A DNA stretch of 40,912 nucleotides, from positions 43,852,479-43,893,390 of the forward strand of contig NC_068996.1 in the NCBI RefSeq assembly GCF_001194135.2, written 5' to 3'. This DNA is from Octopus bimaculoides. Its lineage: Eukaryota. Shown here one piece after another: positions 1-11,040 of this stretch. Made by a program: the position numbers and the translations under genes. The notes below the pieces were generated by a model. It was not told the DNA's origin and made no database searches. It saw nothing but the letters and a program-made list of their open reading frames with translations. Within the stretch, counting starts at the first letter, position 1; each line of letters opens with the position of its first letter.

Positions 1-20
1 ATGTATGTATGTATGTATGT

Positions 21-215
21 GGGAGAATATACGAAAAAGCAACAACAGACGAGGACAGGTGGTGTAAATAACAAAAGGATGTATTAGTATGACGCTCGGG
101 AATACGGAAAGTCTTTGACGTTTCGAGCTACGCTCTTCAACAGAAAGAATACGGAGACAAGGAGAAAAACACGGAGAAAAAAAATTGAATAGTGTCCAGT
201 CAACGGTCAATCATA
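21..215 (-). mobile_element. Short non-autonomous Penelope-like repeat carrying a hammerhead-like motif; same family as 31490-31695
   Basis: Its reverse complement aligns along its length with 31490-31695. It contains TCTTT-CTGTTGA-A-GAGCGTAGCTC-GAAACGTC-AAAGA, resembling the CTGANGA...GAAAC motif of Penelope-like elements, and is flanked by simple repeats. Confidence 0.6.
112..148 (-). ncRNA. Candidate minimal type I hammerhead ribozyme (variant core CUGUUGA)
   Basis: Stem I UCUUU/AAAGA, core CUGUUGA, extra A, stem II GAGC/GCUC with GUA loop, GAAA, palindromic ACGU stem III, GUC cleavage triplet. A6 is replaced by U. Confidence 0.5.
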
Positions 216-218
216 ATA

Positions 219-1085
219 ATGGCTGATCATCCATACTGTTGCCATAGTAACGAAGCTAAAGCATGCAGAGTGAAGCCACTTGGCACAAGTTTACCTTAAA
301 CTCTGCTGTGCATTAACTTATAACATTCTAGGTCACTTCTACTGTTTACAGCAGTGCTTGGAAGTAACAAGTGAAGTGTGTGTTCATTGCATTGACAATC
401 ACAGAGAAAGTTGAGCAGAGAATCTGTATCAAATTTTTCCCAAAAGCTTGGTAATACCTCCTCAGAGGCCTACTCAATATTTTCAAAAAGTTTTCATTGT
501 TCTTGACACAATCAAGGAGATCTTGTGCAACTGAAACCCGAGTGTCTTTTTGGTCAGCTGAAAGCTGTTTTGGCTACAAATTTGGCAGACATGCATCTCA
601 TACCCAAATCTTCAGTGATAATCAACTGAACTGAACCGTAACTAATCTGCACATCCTCTGATAGCACATGGATGGTTATTCAACAATTTCCTCTCACAGC
701 TGCACACACATCTGCAATGTTTTTCTCAGTTCTACTGGTTGCAAGTCTCCCAGGATGTTCATCAATATCGACATCATTTCAGCCATCTTGGAAACATCTG
801 AACCACTCATACATTCATGTGCAGCTGATAGACTTCCTGCAACTTTGCATAGGCCTCTGAACAGGTATCGCCTATCAACTTTCTGTCATGTTCAATCTGA
901 TGATCACATGTTACGCATGTTACTTCACAGCACTGCTGTAAACAATGGAAGTGAGCTAGAATATTAAATCTTAATGCACATGCAGAGCAGAGGTCAATGT
1001 CAATTTGTGCAAAGTGGCTTCACTTTATGTGCTTTAGCTTTGTTACTATGGCAACAGTCCGGATACATATTGATCAGACCTTGTA
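219..1085. mobile_element. Non-autonomous mariner (Tc1/mariner) fold-back element made of two inverted 5' ends; transposase pseudogene fragments
   Basis: Arms at about 232-370 and 915-1060 are reverse-complementary. The right end reads TA-CAAGGTCTGATCAATATGTATCCGGACTG on the minus strand (mariner-type TIR plus TA). The minus strand encodes HPGRLATSRTEKNIADVCAAVRGNC*ITIHVLSEDVQISYGSVQLIITEDLGMRCMSAKFV (mariner HTH region, with stops and frameshifts). The plus strand at about 405-480 encodes EKVEQRICIKF (mariner N-terminus). Confidence 0.85.
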
Positions 1086-2207
1086 TGTATGTGTATATAT
1101 ATATAAATATACATTATATATATATANNNNNNNNNNNNNNNNNNNNNNNNNNNNNNNNNNNNNNNNNNNNNNNNNNNNNNNNNNNNNNNNNNNNNNNNNN
1201 NNNNNNNNNNNNNNNNNNNNNNNNNNNNNNNNNNNNNNNNNNNNNNNNNNNNNNNNNNNNNNNNNNNNNNNNNNNNNNNNNNNNNNNNNNNNNNNNNNNN
1301 NNNNNNNNNNNNNNNNNNNNNNNNNNNNNNNNNNNNNNNNNNNNNNNNNNNNNNNNNNNNNNNNNNNNNNNNNNNNNNNNNNNNNNNNNNNNNNNNNNNN
1401 NNNNNNNNNNNNNNNNNNNNNNNNNNNNNNNNNNNNNNNNNNNNNNNNNNNNNNNNNNNNNNNNNNNNNNNNNNNNNNNNNNNNNNNNNNNNNNNNNNNN
1501 NNNNNNNNNNNNNNNNNNNNNNNNNNNNNNNNNNNNNNNNNNNNNNNNNNNNNNNNNNNNNNNNNNNNNNNNNNNNNNNNNNNNNNNNNNNNNNNNNNNN
1601 NNNNNNNNNNNNNNNNNNNNNNNNNNNNNNNNNNNNNNNNNNNNNNNNNNNNNNNNNNNNNNNNNNNNNNNNNNNNNNNNNNNNNNNNNNNNNNNNNNNN
1701 NNNNNNNNNNNNNNNNNNNNNNNNNNNNNNNNNNNNNNNNNNNNNNNNNNNNNNNNNNNNNNNNNNNNNNNNNNNNNNNNNNNNNNNNNNNNNNNNNNNN
1801 NNNNNNNNNNNNNNNNNNNNNNNNNNNNNNNNNNNNNNNNNNNNNNNNNNNNNNNNNNNNNNNNNNNNNNNNNNNNNNNNNNNNNNNNNNNNNNNNNNNN
1901 NNNNNNNNNNNNNNNNNNNNNNNNNNNNNNNNNNNNNNNNNNNNNNNNNNNNNNNNNNNNNNNNNNNNNNNNNNNNNNNNNNNNNNNNNNNNNNNNNNNN
2001 NNNNNNNNNNNNNNNNNNNNNNNNNNNNNNNNNNNNNNNNNNNNNNNNNNNNNNNNNNNNNNNNNNNNNNNNNNNNNNNNNNNNNNNNNNNNNNNNNNNN
2101 NNNNNNNNNNNNNNNNNNNTATATATATATATATTATATTATATTATATTATGCAGTTAAGTACATATACAGTCATAGAGTGATCAATGGTTTTGCATTC
2201 ATAAAGA

Positions 2208-2843
2208 GCTCCTCGGAAGTAGGATTCCATTACAGTCAGTTAGTAAGTAACAAAGAATAAAGAATCCTGGTGGGCAAGGATGGGTTATCTCCCTTAGGCT
2301 AGTCCATACGAGTTAAAAAGAGGAATGGGGAAGTCCATCCTTAGGTTGCTTTCCGTTTGTAAGTACCTACCCTATCTAATCGATGAATGGGGTGCCCCAT
2401 GCTTGCAGCAGGTTGTGTTTGAAACAGATGCAGTGACTGTAAATTTCTTGTGATGAATTCAATAATCCTGGTTTCAGAGAGTTTTTGAGGATTCTTGCTC
2501 GCTCAGCTACGCAAAGCTTGCAGCATCTACTCCCATTAATATAGGGTCATAGAACGGCCAGGATCCTATATTAACACGATCAGATACTGCAAGCTTTGCA
2601 TAGCTGAGTGAGCAAGGATCCTCAAAGACTCCCTGGAATGATTATTGAATTCATCACAAAGAAATTTACAGCCACTACATCCATTTAAACACTGCTTGCT
2701 GCAAGTATGGGATTCCCCATTCATCAATTAGATATGATGGGACTGGTCTAAGAGAGGATAACTCGTCCTTGCTAACCCAGATTGTTTATTCTTTCTTTAT
2801 TTACCTACTAACTTACTGTAATGGATTCCTACTTTGAAAAACT
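2208..2843. mobile_element. Long palindromic fold-back / MITE-like element (about 620 bp, loop about 12 nt)
   Basis: AAGTAGGATTCCATTACAGTCAGTTAGTAAGTAA (from 2217) pairs with TTACCTACTAACTTACTGTAATGGATTCCTACTT (ending 2834). Complementarity continues to the centre near 2555. About 65 bp of the left arm has no partner. Confidence 0.8.
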
Positions 2844-3008
2844 ATATGGCCTTTGACTTTAGAATCTGATAAGTCGTCCATGGGGCTAAACCCTTTGTGG
2901 ATACCAAACCATTGGTCACTCTATAACTGGACATTGACTTAACTACATATAAATACATTATTGCTCTATGCTGTAGTGTGCTTCTTTTTCGGATATATGA
3001 TGCATTCA

Positions 3009-3055
<47 letters not shown>

Positions 3056-3607
3056 NNNNNNNNNNNNNNNNNNNNNNNNNNNNNNNNNNNNNNNNNNNNN
3101 NNNNNNNNNNNNNNNNNNNNNNNNNNNNNNNNNNNNNNNNNNNNNNNNNNNNNNNNNNNNNNNNNNNNNNNNNNNNNNNNNNNNNNNNNNNNNNNNNNNN
3201 NNNNNNNNNNNNNNNNNNNNNNNNNNNNNNNNNNNNNNNNNNNNNNNNNNNNNNNNNNNNNNNNNNNNNNNNNNNNNNNNNNNNNNNNNNNNNNNNNNNN
3301 NNNNNNNNNNNNNNNNNNNNNNNNNNNNNNNNNNNNNNNNNNNNNNNNNNNNNNNNNNNNNNNNNNNNNNNNNNNNNNNNNNNNNNNNNNNNNNNNNNNN
3401 NNNNNNNNNNNNNNNNNNNNNNNNNNNNNNNNNNNNNNNNNNNNNNNNNNNNNNNNNNNNNNNNNNNNNNNNNNNNNNNNNNNNNNNNNNNNNNNNNNNN
3501 NNNNNNNNNNNNNNNNNNNNNNNNNNNNNNNNNNNNNNNNNNNNNNNNNNNNNNNNNNNNNNNNNNNNNNNNNNNNNNNNNNNNNNNNNNNNNNNNNNNN
3601 NNNNNNN

Positions 3608-3648
<41 letters not shown>

Positions 3649-4795
3649 ATATATATATATACACATGTGTGTGTGTGTATCTGTGTGTGTTCATGTTTAT
3701 ATATATGTGTGTATATATACATTATGATTATGAAATCAAGCCTAGTAATGATATTTTGAGTACATTACATACATTTCAGGTACTTGCACAATGAGTAAAA
3801 AGGAAATTTTGTCTCTTTGGCAAAATCTTCCACAGTTTTATCAAATTTTGTCTTAACTGATCAAGATGAAATTCCCTTTTTATTTATTGTGCAATAATCT
3901 GAACTGTGAGTATTAAATGCATTCAAAATATCATTACAAGCTAACCATCCTAAACTCCATTCTCGCTGATGTTATAACTAGGATTTGGAGAGGTTTGTTC
4001 AATTTGACCTGAATCAGAAATTCTTGTAATATACATTGCTTCTAAATATAGCATGAAATTTACATTTAGTGTAGTTTTAAAAAATAACAGATTTTTATTT
4101 CTCTTTCCAGTAATCTTAATCTTTCTGTTAAAAGACTTACTACATTTTCTTCATGTGTTTCGTTTTGTCTTGTTTTAGTCATTCTGATTCTTTCTCACAC
4201 TAAATCTTGCTTGTATTTGTCCTTGTGTTTTTGCTGTCAATTTGCAGGACACTTCTTTACAAATCACAGCAAGAATTTACTTCTTCTCTATGATAATCAT
4301 ATTTATAATAATCTATACGTATCTGTTGTTTGAAATCACAAGGTTTCTCTTTGACAATGTGTTTGTCTATTTGACTTGCAATTACTTGCCATATTTTTAA
4401 AAGTCCTCTGTACTCTTCTTTACTCTTGTATTTCCACCACCTTACTCTCCTACATCAATCTACTTTAATATCCTTTTGCTTCAGCTCTCTTTATGATTTT
4501 CTCCCACTCCCTCCCCACACTCACTCTCCCCTTCATCCTCCCTCTCTCTCTCTCCTTCTCCCCCCTCTCTCTCTGTTTTTCTTTCATTTACTCTCTGTTC
4601 ATGTGTAACAATTATCTTATTTGGAAATGGATGATGAAAGGTGATGGAAAGCTCATTTATTACTGAAAATCTGTCTCAGTGAATTCTGTTTGATCTATGC
4701 AAACATGAAAATAGACATTAAACTGATGATTATATATATNNNNNNNNNNNNNNNNNNNNNNNNNNNNNNNNNNNNNNNNNNNNNNNNNNNNNNNN

Positions 4796-4827
<32 letters not shown>

Positions 4828-4927
4828 GAGAGAGAGATGTTTTATTTTTGCTTTTGTCTTTTTTATTTTTGTCTTGTTTGTTTTAACTGTGGTTACATCA
4901 ACCTCCTGCAACTCTGGAATTTCTCAG

Positions 4928-4947
4928 TGCATTCACTGGGTTATCAG
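4928..4947 (+). CDS. TRPC: Probable 20-nt microexon of the TRPC channel gene (xHSLGYQ)
   Basis: Acceptor TTTCTCAG at 4920-4927 after an AG-free stretch of about 90 nt with a TTTAAC branch-like motif; donor AG|GCAAGT. Phase-0 joining to 13459 gives GYQ-DVMRRLVSRY, restoring the YQ-x-(V/I)M-x-x-L-(V/I)-x-RY motif of TRPC channels. Confidence 0.6.
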
Positions 4948-5317
4948 GCAAGTTATGATGACTCTGAGGACCCAGTCATCTCTAGAGTAGAAGAGGACTG
5001 AGCTGACAACAGTAAAAAATTAGATACTTAACCTCTACTATATTACTGAGTATTCTTTCTGTTGACAGTCAACATTAAACAGATACATTTATGTAGATCT
5101 ACCTAAATACACACATATTTACATCCATCCTTCCTTCTTGTTTGAGTTGACTTGGCTTTCAGATTTATTCGACTCAATGTATGTGTAGTCTTCTCTCTTT
5201 TTGTTCTCTCAATCAAAATTTACCACCAGCCCCTTATTGCTTTTTTACTGCCCCAAAAATGCTACTATAGATGAATTTCTATCAATTTATCTATCTTTCT
5301 ATCTATCTATCTTTCTT

Positions 5318-5547
5318 ATTTCTTTATTGCCCAGAAGGGGCTAAACATAGAGGGGACAAGCAAGGACAGACAAACGGATTAAGTCAATTACATCGACCCC
5401 AGTGGGTAACTGGTACTTAATTTATCGACCCCGAAAGAATGAAAGGCGAAGTCAACCTCGGCAGAATTTGAACTCAGAACGTAATGGCAGACAAAATACC
5501 ACTAAGCATTTCACCCGGCGGGCTAACGTTTCTGCCAGTTCGCCGCC
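5318..5547 (-). mobile_element. tRNA-derived SINE, family B (octopus-type, Nin-like central domain), near full length
   Basis: Minus strand reads GGCGGCGAACTGGCAGAAACGTTAGC...CTGAGTTCAAATTCTGCCGAGGTTGACTTCGCCTTTCATTCTTTCGGGGTCGATAAATTAAGTACCAG, with A/B-box-like motifs. Many homologous copies occur in the window. Confidence 0.85.
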
Positions 5548-5549
5548 TT

Positions 5550-5586
<37 letters not shown>

Positions 5587-5597
5587 TTATCTATCTG

Positions 5598-5652
<55 letters not shown>
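5550..5652. repeat. (TCTA)n microsatellite
   Basis: Direct reading; a second long (TCTA)n array lies at about 6708-6800. Confidence 0.95.
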
Positions 5653-6727
5653 CTGGTATTGTCATTCATTCACTCACTCTATATTTTATCAAGTTACCTC
5701 TCTAATTATTACAATTTTATGTGGAGCCCTGTCTTCCTTCTTTCCAACTCTCTTATCTTACTATACCTTTCTCTCACTTCTCCTTGATCATCTGTCCTGT
5801 TTGCTGGGTCACCACAAGCTAATTCTTTTTCTCCTTCTCTTGATATGGATTCTCCACATATATATTTATCTATCACAATAAATTTTCTTTATATTGCTTT
5901 CTTTCTTCTATTCCACCTCTCTCAAAAAAGCCACTGCTTTCTACTTTTATGTTACTTACTTTATCATGTTACCTCCCTAAATCTCCTTCTCTGCTCATAT
6001 ATATGTACAATCCTCCTATTCTTCAGTGTCCCATCATGGGTATGTTTATGCAGCTGAATTTTTAGAATATCTTTTAGACTACCAGATCACGTTTTAACTT
6101 TATTCAACTAATATATTATTCTATATACATTCACACAAATGTCTCCCTCTCTTTCTCTTTTTCTCTCTTTTGTTGCTCATATGGGACCATCCTCCATCTT
6201 TGTTTTCCTCACATTTCCTACATGGACATTCAAAAGACTCGACATTTTTTCTTTCTCTTCTATCTTTTCTCTTTTCAAAGAAAATTTTTCTCCCAGCATT
6301 CACAATTTTCCTCTCGTTCTGGTCTAACGACCCTCAATATTTGTTTTCATTTGGTTTCCTTGTCTGTCTCCACTGTCCTGAAAGCTCGAAATTAGGAACA
6401 GATAAACAGCAGACAACTGATGAAGGATCCTTTCTCTGTGTTTACTTATCCTGTTTTCCATTTTTTTCTCTCGTTTATGTATTTAACTCGTTTGTTTACT
6501 TGTTTATGTACTTCTTGTTGTTTGCACAGTTGGTGATGTCCTGTACCCATATATGCACATATATATATATATATATATATATCTGTAAATATAATATGTG
6601 ACAATTTATCATGGCTACCAAATAATTGTCACATATTATATTTACAGATAAATTCCTCTACTTACATAATATTGAGGTCTTTTTCATTCTTTTGTTGTCT
6701 TACCATTTCTATCTATCTATCTATCTG

Positions 6728-6800
<73 letters not shown>

Positions 6801-7922
6801 ATATATATATACATGCATATATACATTCACCCATGTCTCAAAATATAATTATATTAAAAAGGATATATGTATATGTGTGTGTGTGTGNNNNNNNNNNNNN
6901 NNNNNNNNNNNNNNNNNNNNNNNNNNNNNNNNNNNNNNNNNNNNNNNNNNNNNNNNNNNNNNNNNNNNNNNNNNNNNNNNNNNNNNNNNNNNNNNNNNNN
7001 NNNNNNNNNNNNNNNNNNNNNNNNNNNNNNNNNNNNNNNNNNNNNNNNNNNNNNNNNNNNNNNNNNNNNNNNNNNNNNNNNNNNNNNNNNNNNNNNNNNN
7101 NNNNNNNNNNNNNNNNNNNNNNNNNNNNNNNNNNNNNNNNNNNNNNNNNNNNNNNNNNNNNNNNNNNNNNNNNNNNNNNNNNNNNNNNNNNNNNNATATA
7201 TATATATATAATAGAAACAATAGAAACAGAAAATGGAATATACAAGAAACTTTATTGATCATAATGTTCGTGATGATCAAAGAGCTCAGTATATTCATTT
7301 ATATGTTCATTACTTTCGTGTGTCAATTTGATTTATTGTGAGACAATGATAAAATAATAAATATTGGGAAAAAAAAAGCATAACACTAAGTTTCTGAAAC
7401 CTCCGGATACAAGAACACGATGGTGTATAATTTGTCTACCTTTGAATAGTTGATGAAAGTGAACTTTGCAGTAAAAGTTTTATATCTGTGTAAAATGAAA
7501 ATTGGTAGATATTAAGTTTAGTTACGATATATTACATGTTATGTGTATGTGTGTGCGTGCATGCACATGAGTATTAAGTTGGTAAATTATTATCTATTTG
7601 AAAAACAATTGGTCTGAAGAACTTTGATGTTCTCAACAATATATGTCTGCAAGATGAGTTTAATTTTAAGTGATGGTAATGTTGTTGGAAATTGTGAATG
7701 GATTTTCATAAGATTCCCCTATTCTTATGTCTAAAATATTTCCCTAGTTTCTCCCGTGGGTCATACATTTAACATTACTTCTGTCAATTTGTTGATTCCT
7801 CATTTATTTTTCTATTCTAACTCTGTCATTCTCACTAATTTCATTGACCTTCGATTATATATATATATACATGCAAACACATACACACATACATACTTAC
7901 ATACATACACACACATTCATAT

Positions 7923-7975
<53 letters not shown>

Positions 7976-8449
7976 NNNNNNNNNNNNNNNNNNNNNNNNN
8001 NNNNNNNNNNNNNNNNNNNNNNNNNNNNNNNNNNNNNNNNNNNNNNNNNNNNNNNNNNNNNNNNNNNNNNNNNNNNNNNNNNNNNNNNNNNNNNNNNNNN
8101 NNNNNNNNNNNNNNNNNNNNNNNNNNNNNNNNNNNNNNNNNNNNNNNNNNNNNNNNNNNNNNNNNNNNNNNNNNNNNNNNNNNNNNNNNNNNNNNNNNNN
8201 NNNNNNNNNNNNNNNNNNNNNNNNNNNNNNNNNNNNNNNNNNNNNNNNNNNNNNNNNNNNNNNNNNNNNNNNNNNNNNNNNNNNNNNNNNNNNNNNNNNN
8301 NNNNNNNNNNNNNNNNNNNNNNNNNNNNNNNNNNNNNNNNNNNNNNNNNNNNNNNNNNNNNNNNNNNNNNNNNNNNNNNNNNNNNNNNNNNNNNNNNNNN
8401 NNNNNNNNNNNNNNNNNNNNNNNNNNNNNNNNNNNNNNNNNNNNNNNTT

Positions 8450-8580
8450 TTTAATCACTGTTTTACTTAATCACTCTTTACCTTCATATATCACCATTTT
8501 CACTATTAATCACTCTTTAATCACCATTTATCACTGTTATCACCATTTATCACCATTTATCACCATTTAATTTGTTTTAA
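8450..8580. repeat. Degenerate minisatellite, about 10-nt unit TATCACCATT / TAATCACT
   Basis: Repeated TATCACCATT and AATCACT units immediately after a gap. Confidence 0.7.
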
Positions 8581-8719
8581 TTTATTTATCTTGTCTCTCT
8601 GTTTATCACTCATCTAACTTAATTCACTTAACTAATTCAATTCAACTTCTCTGAATTTGTTTTATTTATTACAATCAACTTATATTTGAACAGGAGCTTA
8701 CAAGAATGTAATTGCATGC

Positions 8720-8765
<46 letters not shown>

Positions 8766-9341
8766 ATGTACATGTACGTATGAATATGTACATAAGTGTG
8801 AACATGACTGTATGCAAAAGAGCGTGCAAGTAGAATTATGTAAGCATATGCCTGAATATCAACATGGATTACATGAATTTATATGCATGTATATACACAT
8901 GGATATTATATATGCAAGTTCATTGCAACAACACATAAGTGAGCATGCTGGTTTTTATTTGTATTCCTCTATGTACCTACATGCCTGAATATCCCATCGA
9001 TTTAAGTATATGAAAGGTAAATCTGAACGAATAGATTCATATGCATGTATATTTATATGTCTATAAGCATGTATGTGTATTGTATATATTGTATATATTG
9101 TATATATATGTGTATTGTATATATTGTGCAAGCATGCACATATTTGCATGCATTTGTAAAGGAATGTGAACATGTGCACATGTACATACATAAGTGTGAG
9201 AGTAATACATGTTGCATAATGAGTTGTCTCCTAGAATTTTCAAGAGACCCTAATGTTCTTTCCAAAATATTGTTTTACCACTGTTCACATTCCCTTTTGT
9301 TCTTTCTATTTTCTTCAATATATACCATCATCATCACCATC

Positions 9342-9490
9342 GTTTAATGTCTGCTTTCCATGCTAGCATGGGTTGGACGATTTGACTGAGGACTGGCAAA
9401 CCAGATGGCTACACCAGGATCCAATCTGGTCTGGCAATGATCACGCTCGGACGGTGCTCTTAGCATTCCACTGGTACAGGTGCCATCATG
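9342..9490. mobile_element. Interspersed repeat family D, preceded by (CAT)n; copies at about 14545-14680 and inverted at about 29080-29215
   Basis: Shared TTCCATGCTAGCATGGGTTGG...TTTGAC and GCTAGATGCCTT / AAGGGCATCC motifs among the copies. Confidence 0.6.
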
Positions 9491-9508
9491 AATATATATA
9501 TATATATA

Positions 9509-9543
<35 letters not shown>

Positions 9544-9612
9544 TGATTCACTCATATAGTCACAATGTCATATTTTTCCAAATATTTCCTATTCCTCAAT
9601 ACCTTTTTATTA

Positions 9613-9838
9613 TTAACCCTTTAGCATTCACACCGACCATATCTGGCCCAAATATTCAATCTGTTTTAGGTTCAAACTGGCCAGGTACAGCCTTTCACAC
9701 TTACCCTAACAATGTCATTCTACAAGTAGACAAACCACATCATCAAAATCTCAAAACTATGAGATAATGCATGATTAATTCAAAAACAATGGATAAATGA
9801 ATATTACATTTGACAGAGTTATCTGAATGTAAAAGTAA
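9613..9838. mobile_element. piggyBac-type MITE (degenerate); partial inverted copy at about 21190-21275
   Basis: Starts TTAA-CCCTTTAGCATTCA and ends in a degenerate CTGAATGTAAAAG terminus; the internal sequence is reverse-complementary to 21190-21275. Confidence 0.55.
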
Positions 9839-10399
9839 CTTATATACCCAGACCCCATTCCATCTTAGCTTGCAAAACACAAGAGAATAACACACTCAGT
9901 ATTCAAGCTAAGTCCAGCATCAAATTCATTCTTGTGAAAATCTTGAAAGCTTTCATTAATGAATATGAAAATCAAATGGTTTCCAGCTCATTATTAAATC
10001 TATCAGTTTAATTCATGGAATTCAACACATACTAAATAAATGCCTATAGGATCAATTGTTAATAGAATTTTTATTAAATGTTTCAGATTTAAAGATCATA
10101 AGGTGAAATACTTTTAAGTCCCATAATCCATGAGTTTTGGCACCCAAATACATTAAATATAGTATCATTAAAGCAGAAAAATTTCTGCTTTTCATCAGTG
10201 TTATTTACAGATCAAAACTGTGTGTGTGTGTGTGTATATGTATGCATGCGCATGTGAACTTGTGGGGTTTTTTTGTGTTACTTTGCATATATGATTGCCT
10301 TTAACAAATCGGCTAAATTTTTTATGCATTTTTTTTCATGTGAGCATATAAAATAGTAATAATTAATATTGCGTCCATGTGTATATGTGTGTGTCTGTT

Positions 10400-10448
<49 letters not shown>

Positions 10449-10650
10449 ACGTATGAATATAACTATATAAAACATAAGTGTGCATCTACCATGTTGTATG
10501 TATAATAATATTTATGTCTGAAGTTGTTTACATGCATATGTAAAATACATTCTACTTAACTTTTTTTTTACTCCAATAGATGTCTGTACATACATATATA
10601 ATACATGTGTATGTGTGTGTATGTACATATGTGTGTGTATATATGTGTGA

Positions 10651-10719
<69 letters not shown>

Positions 10720-10778
10720 AAGTAATGCAGATAAACACAATTAGGCTTCATACACACACACATATATATATATACACA

Positions 10779-10823
<45 letters not shown>

Positions 10824-10844
10824 TCTACTCTTTTACTCTTTTAT

Positions 10845-11040
10845 TTCTTTCAGTCATTTGACTGTGGCCATGCTGGAGCAGTACCTTTAGTTGAGCAAAT
10901 CAATCCCAGGACTTATTCTTTGTAAGCCTAGTACTTACTCTATTGGCTTCTTTTGCCGAACCGCTAAGTTATGGGGACGTAAACACACCACCATCGGTTG
11001 TCAAGCGATGTTGGAGGGACAAACACAGACACAGAAACAC
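10845..11040. mobile_element. SINE-like interspersed repeat, family E, with (CA)n tail; start repeated at 11071-11158
   Basis: TTTGACTGTGGCCATGCTGGAGCA...GGACTTATTCTTTGTAAGCCTAGTACTTA...GCCGAACCGCTAAGTT...GGGACAAACACAGAC then (CA)n; recognised as a common octopus-type repeat from memory. Confidence 0.6.

Noticed and set aside
4248-4345. Strong polypyrimidine acceptor TTTGCAG at 4241-4247, a possible upstream TRPC exon
   Set aside because: No frame gives a recognisable TRPC peptide, and I found no phase-1 donor compatible with the 4928 microexon.
6410-6435. CTGATGA followed by AGGA-TCCT, a hammerhead-like half core
   Set aside because: No GAAA, stem III or stem I partner follows; at most a truncated relic.
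7219-7330. Open stretch KMEYTRNFIDHNVRDDQRAQYIH that could precede DVMRR
   Set aside because: No convincing acceptor or phase-0 donor after QY; the 4928 microexon fits the YQ motif better.
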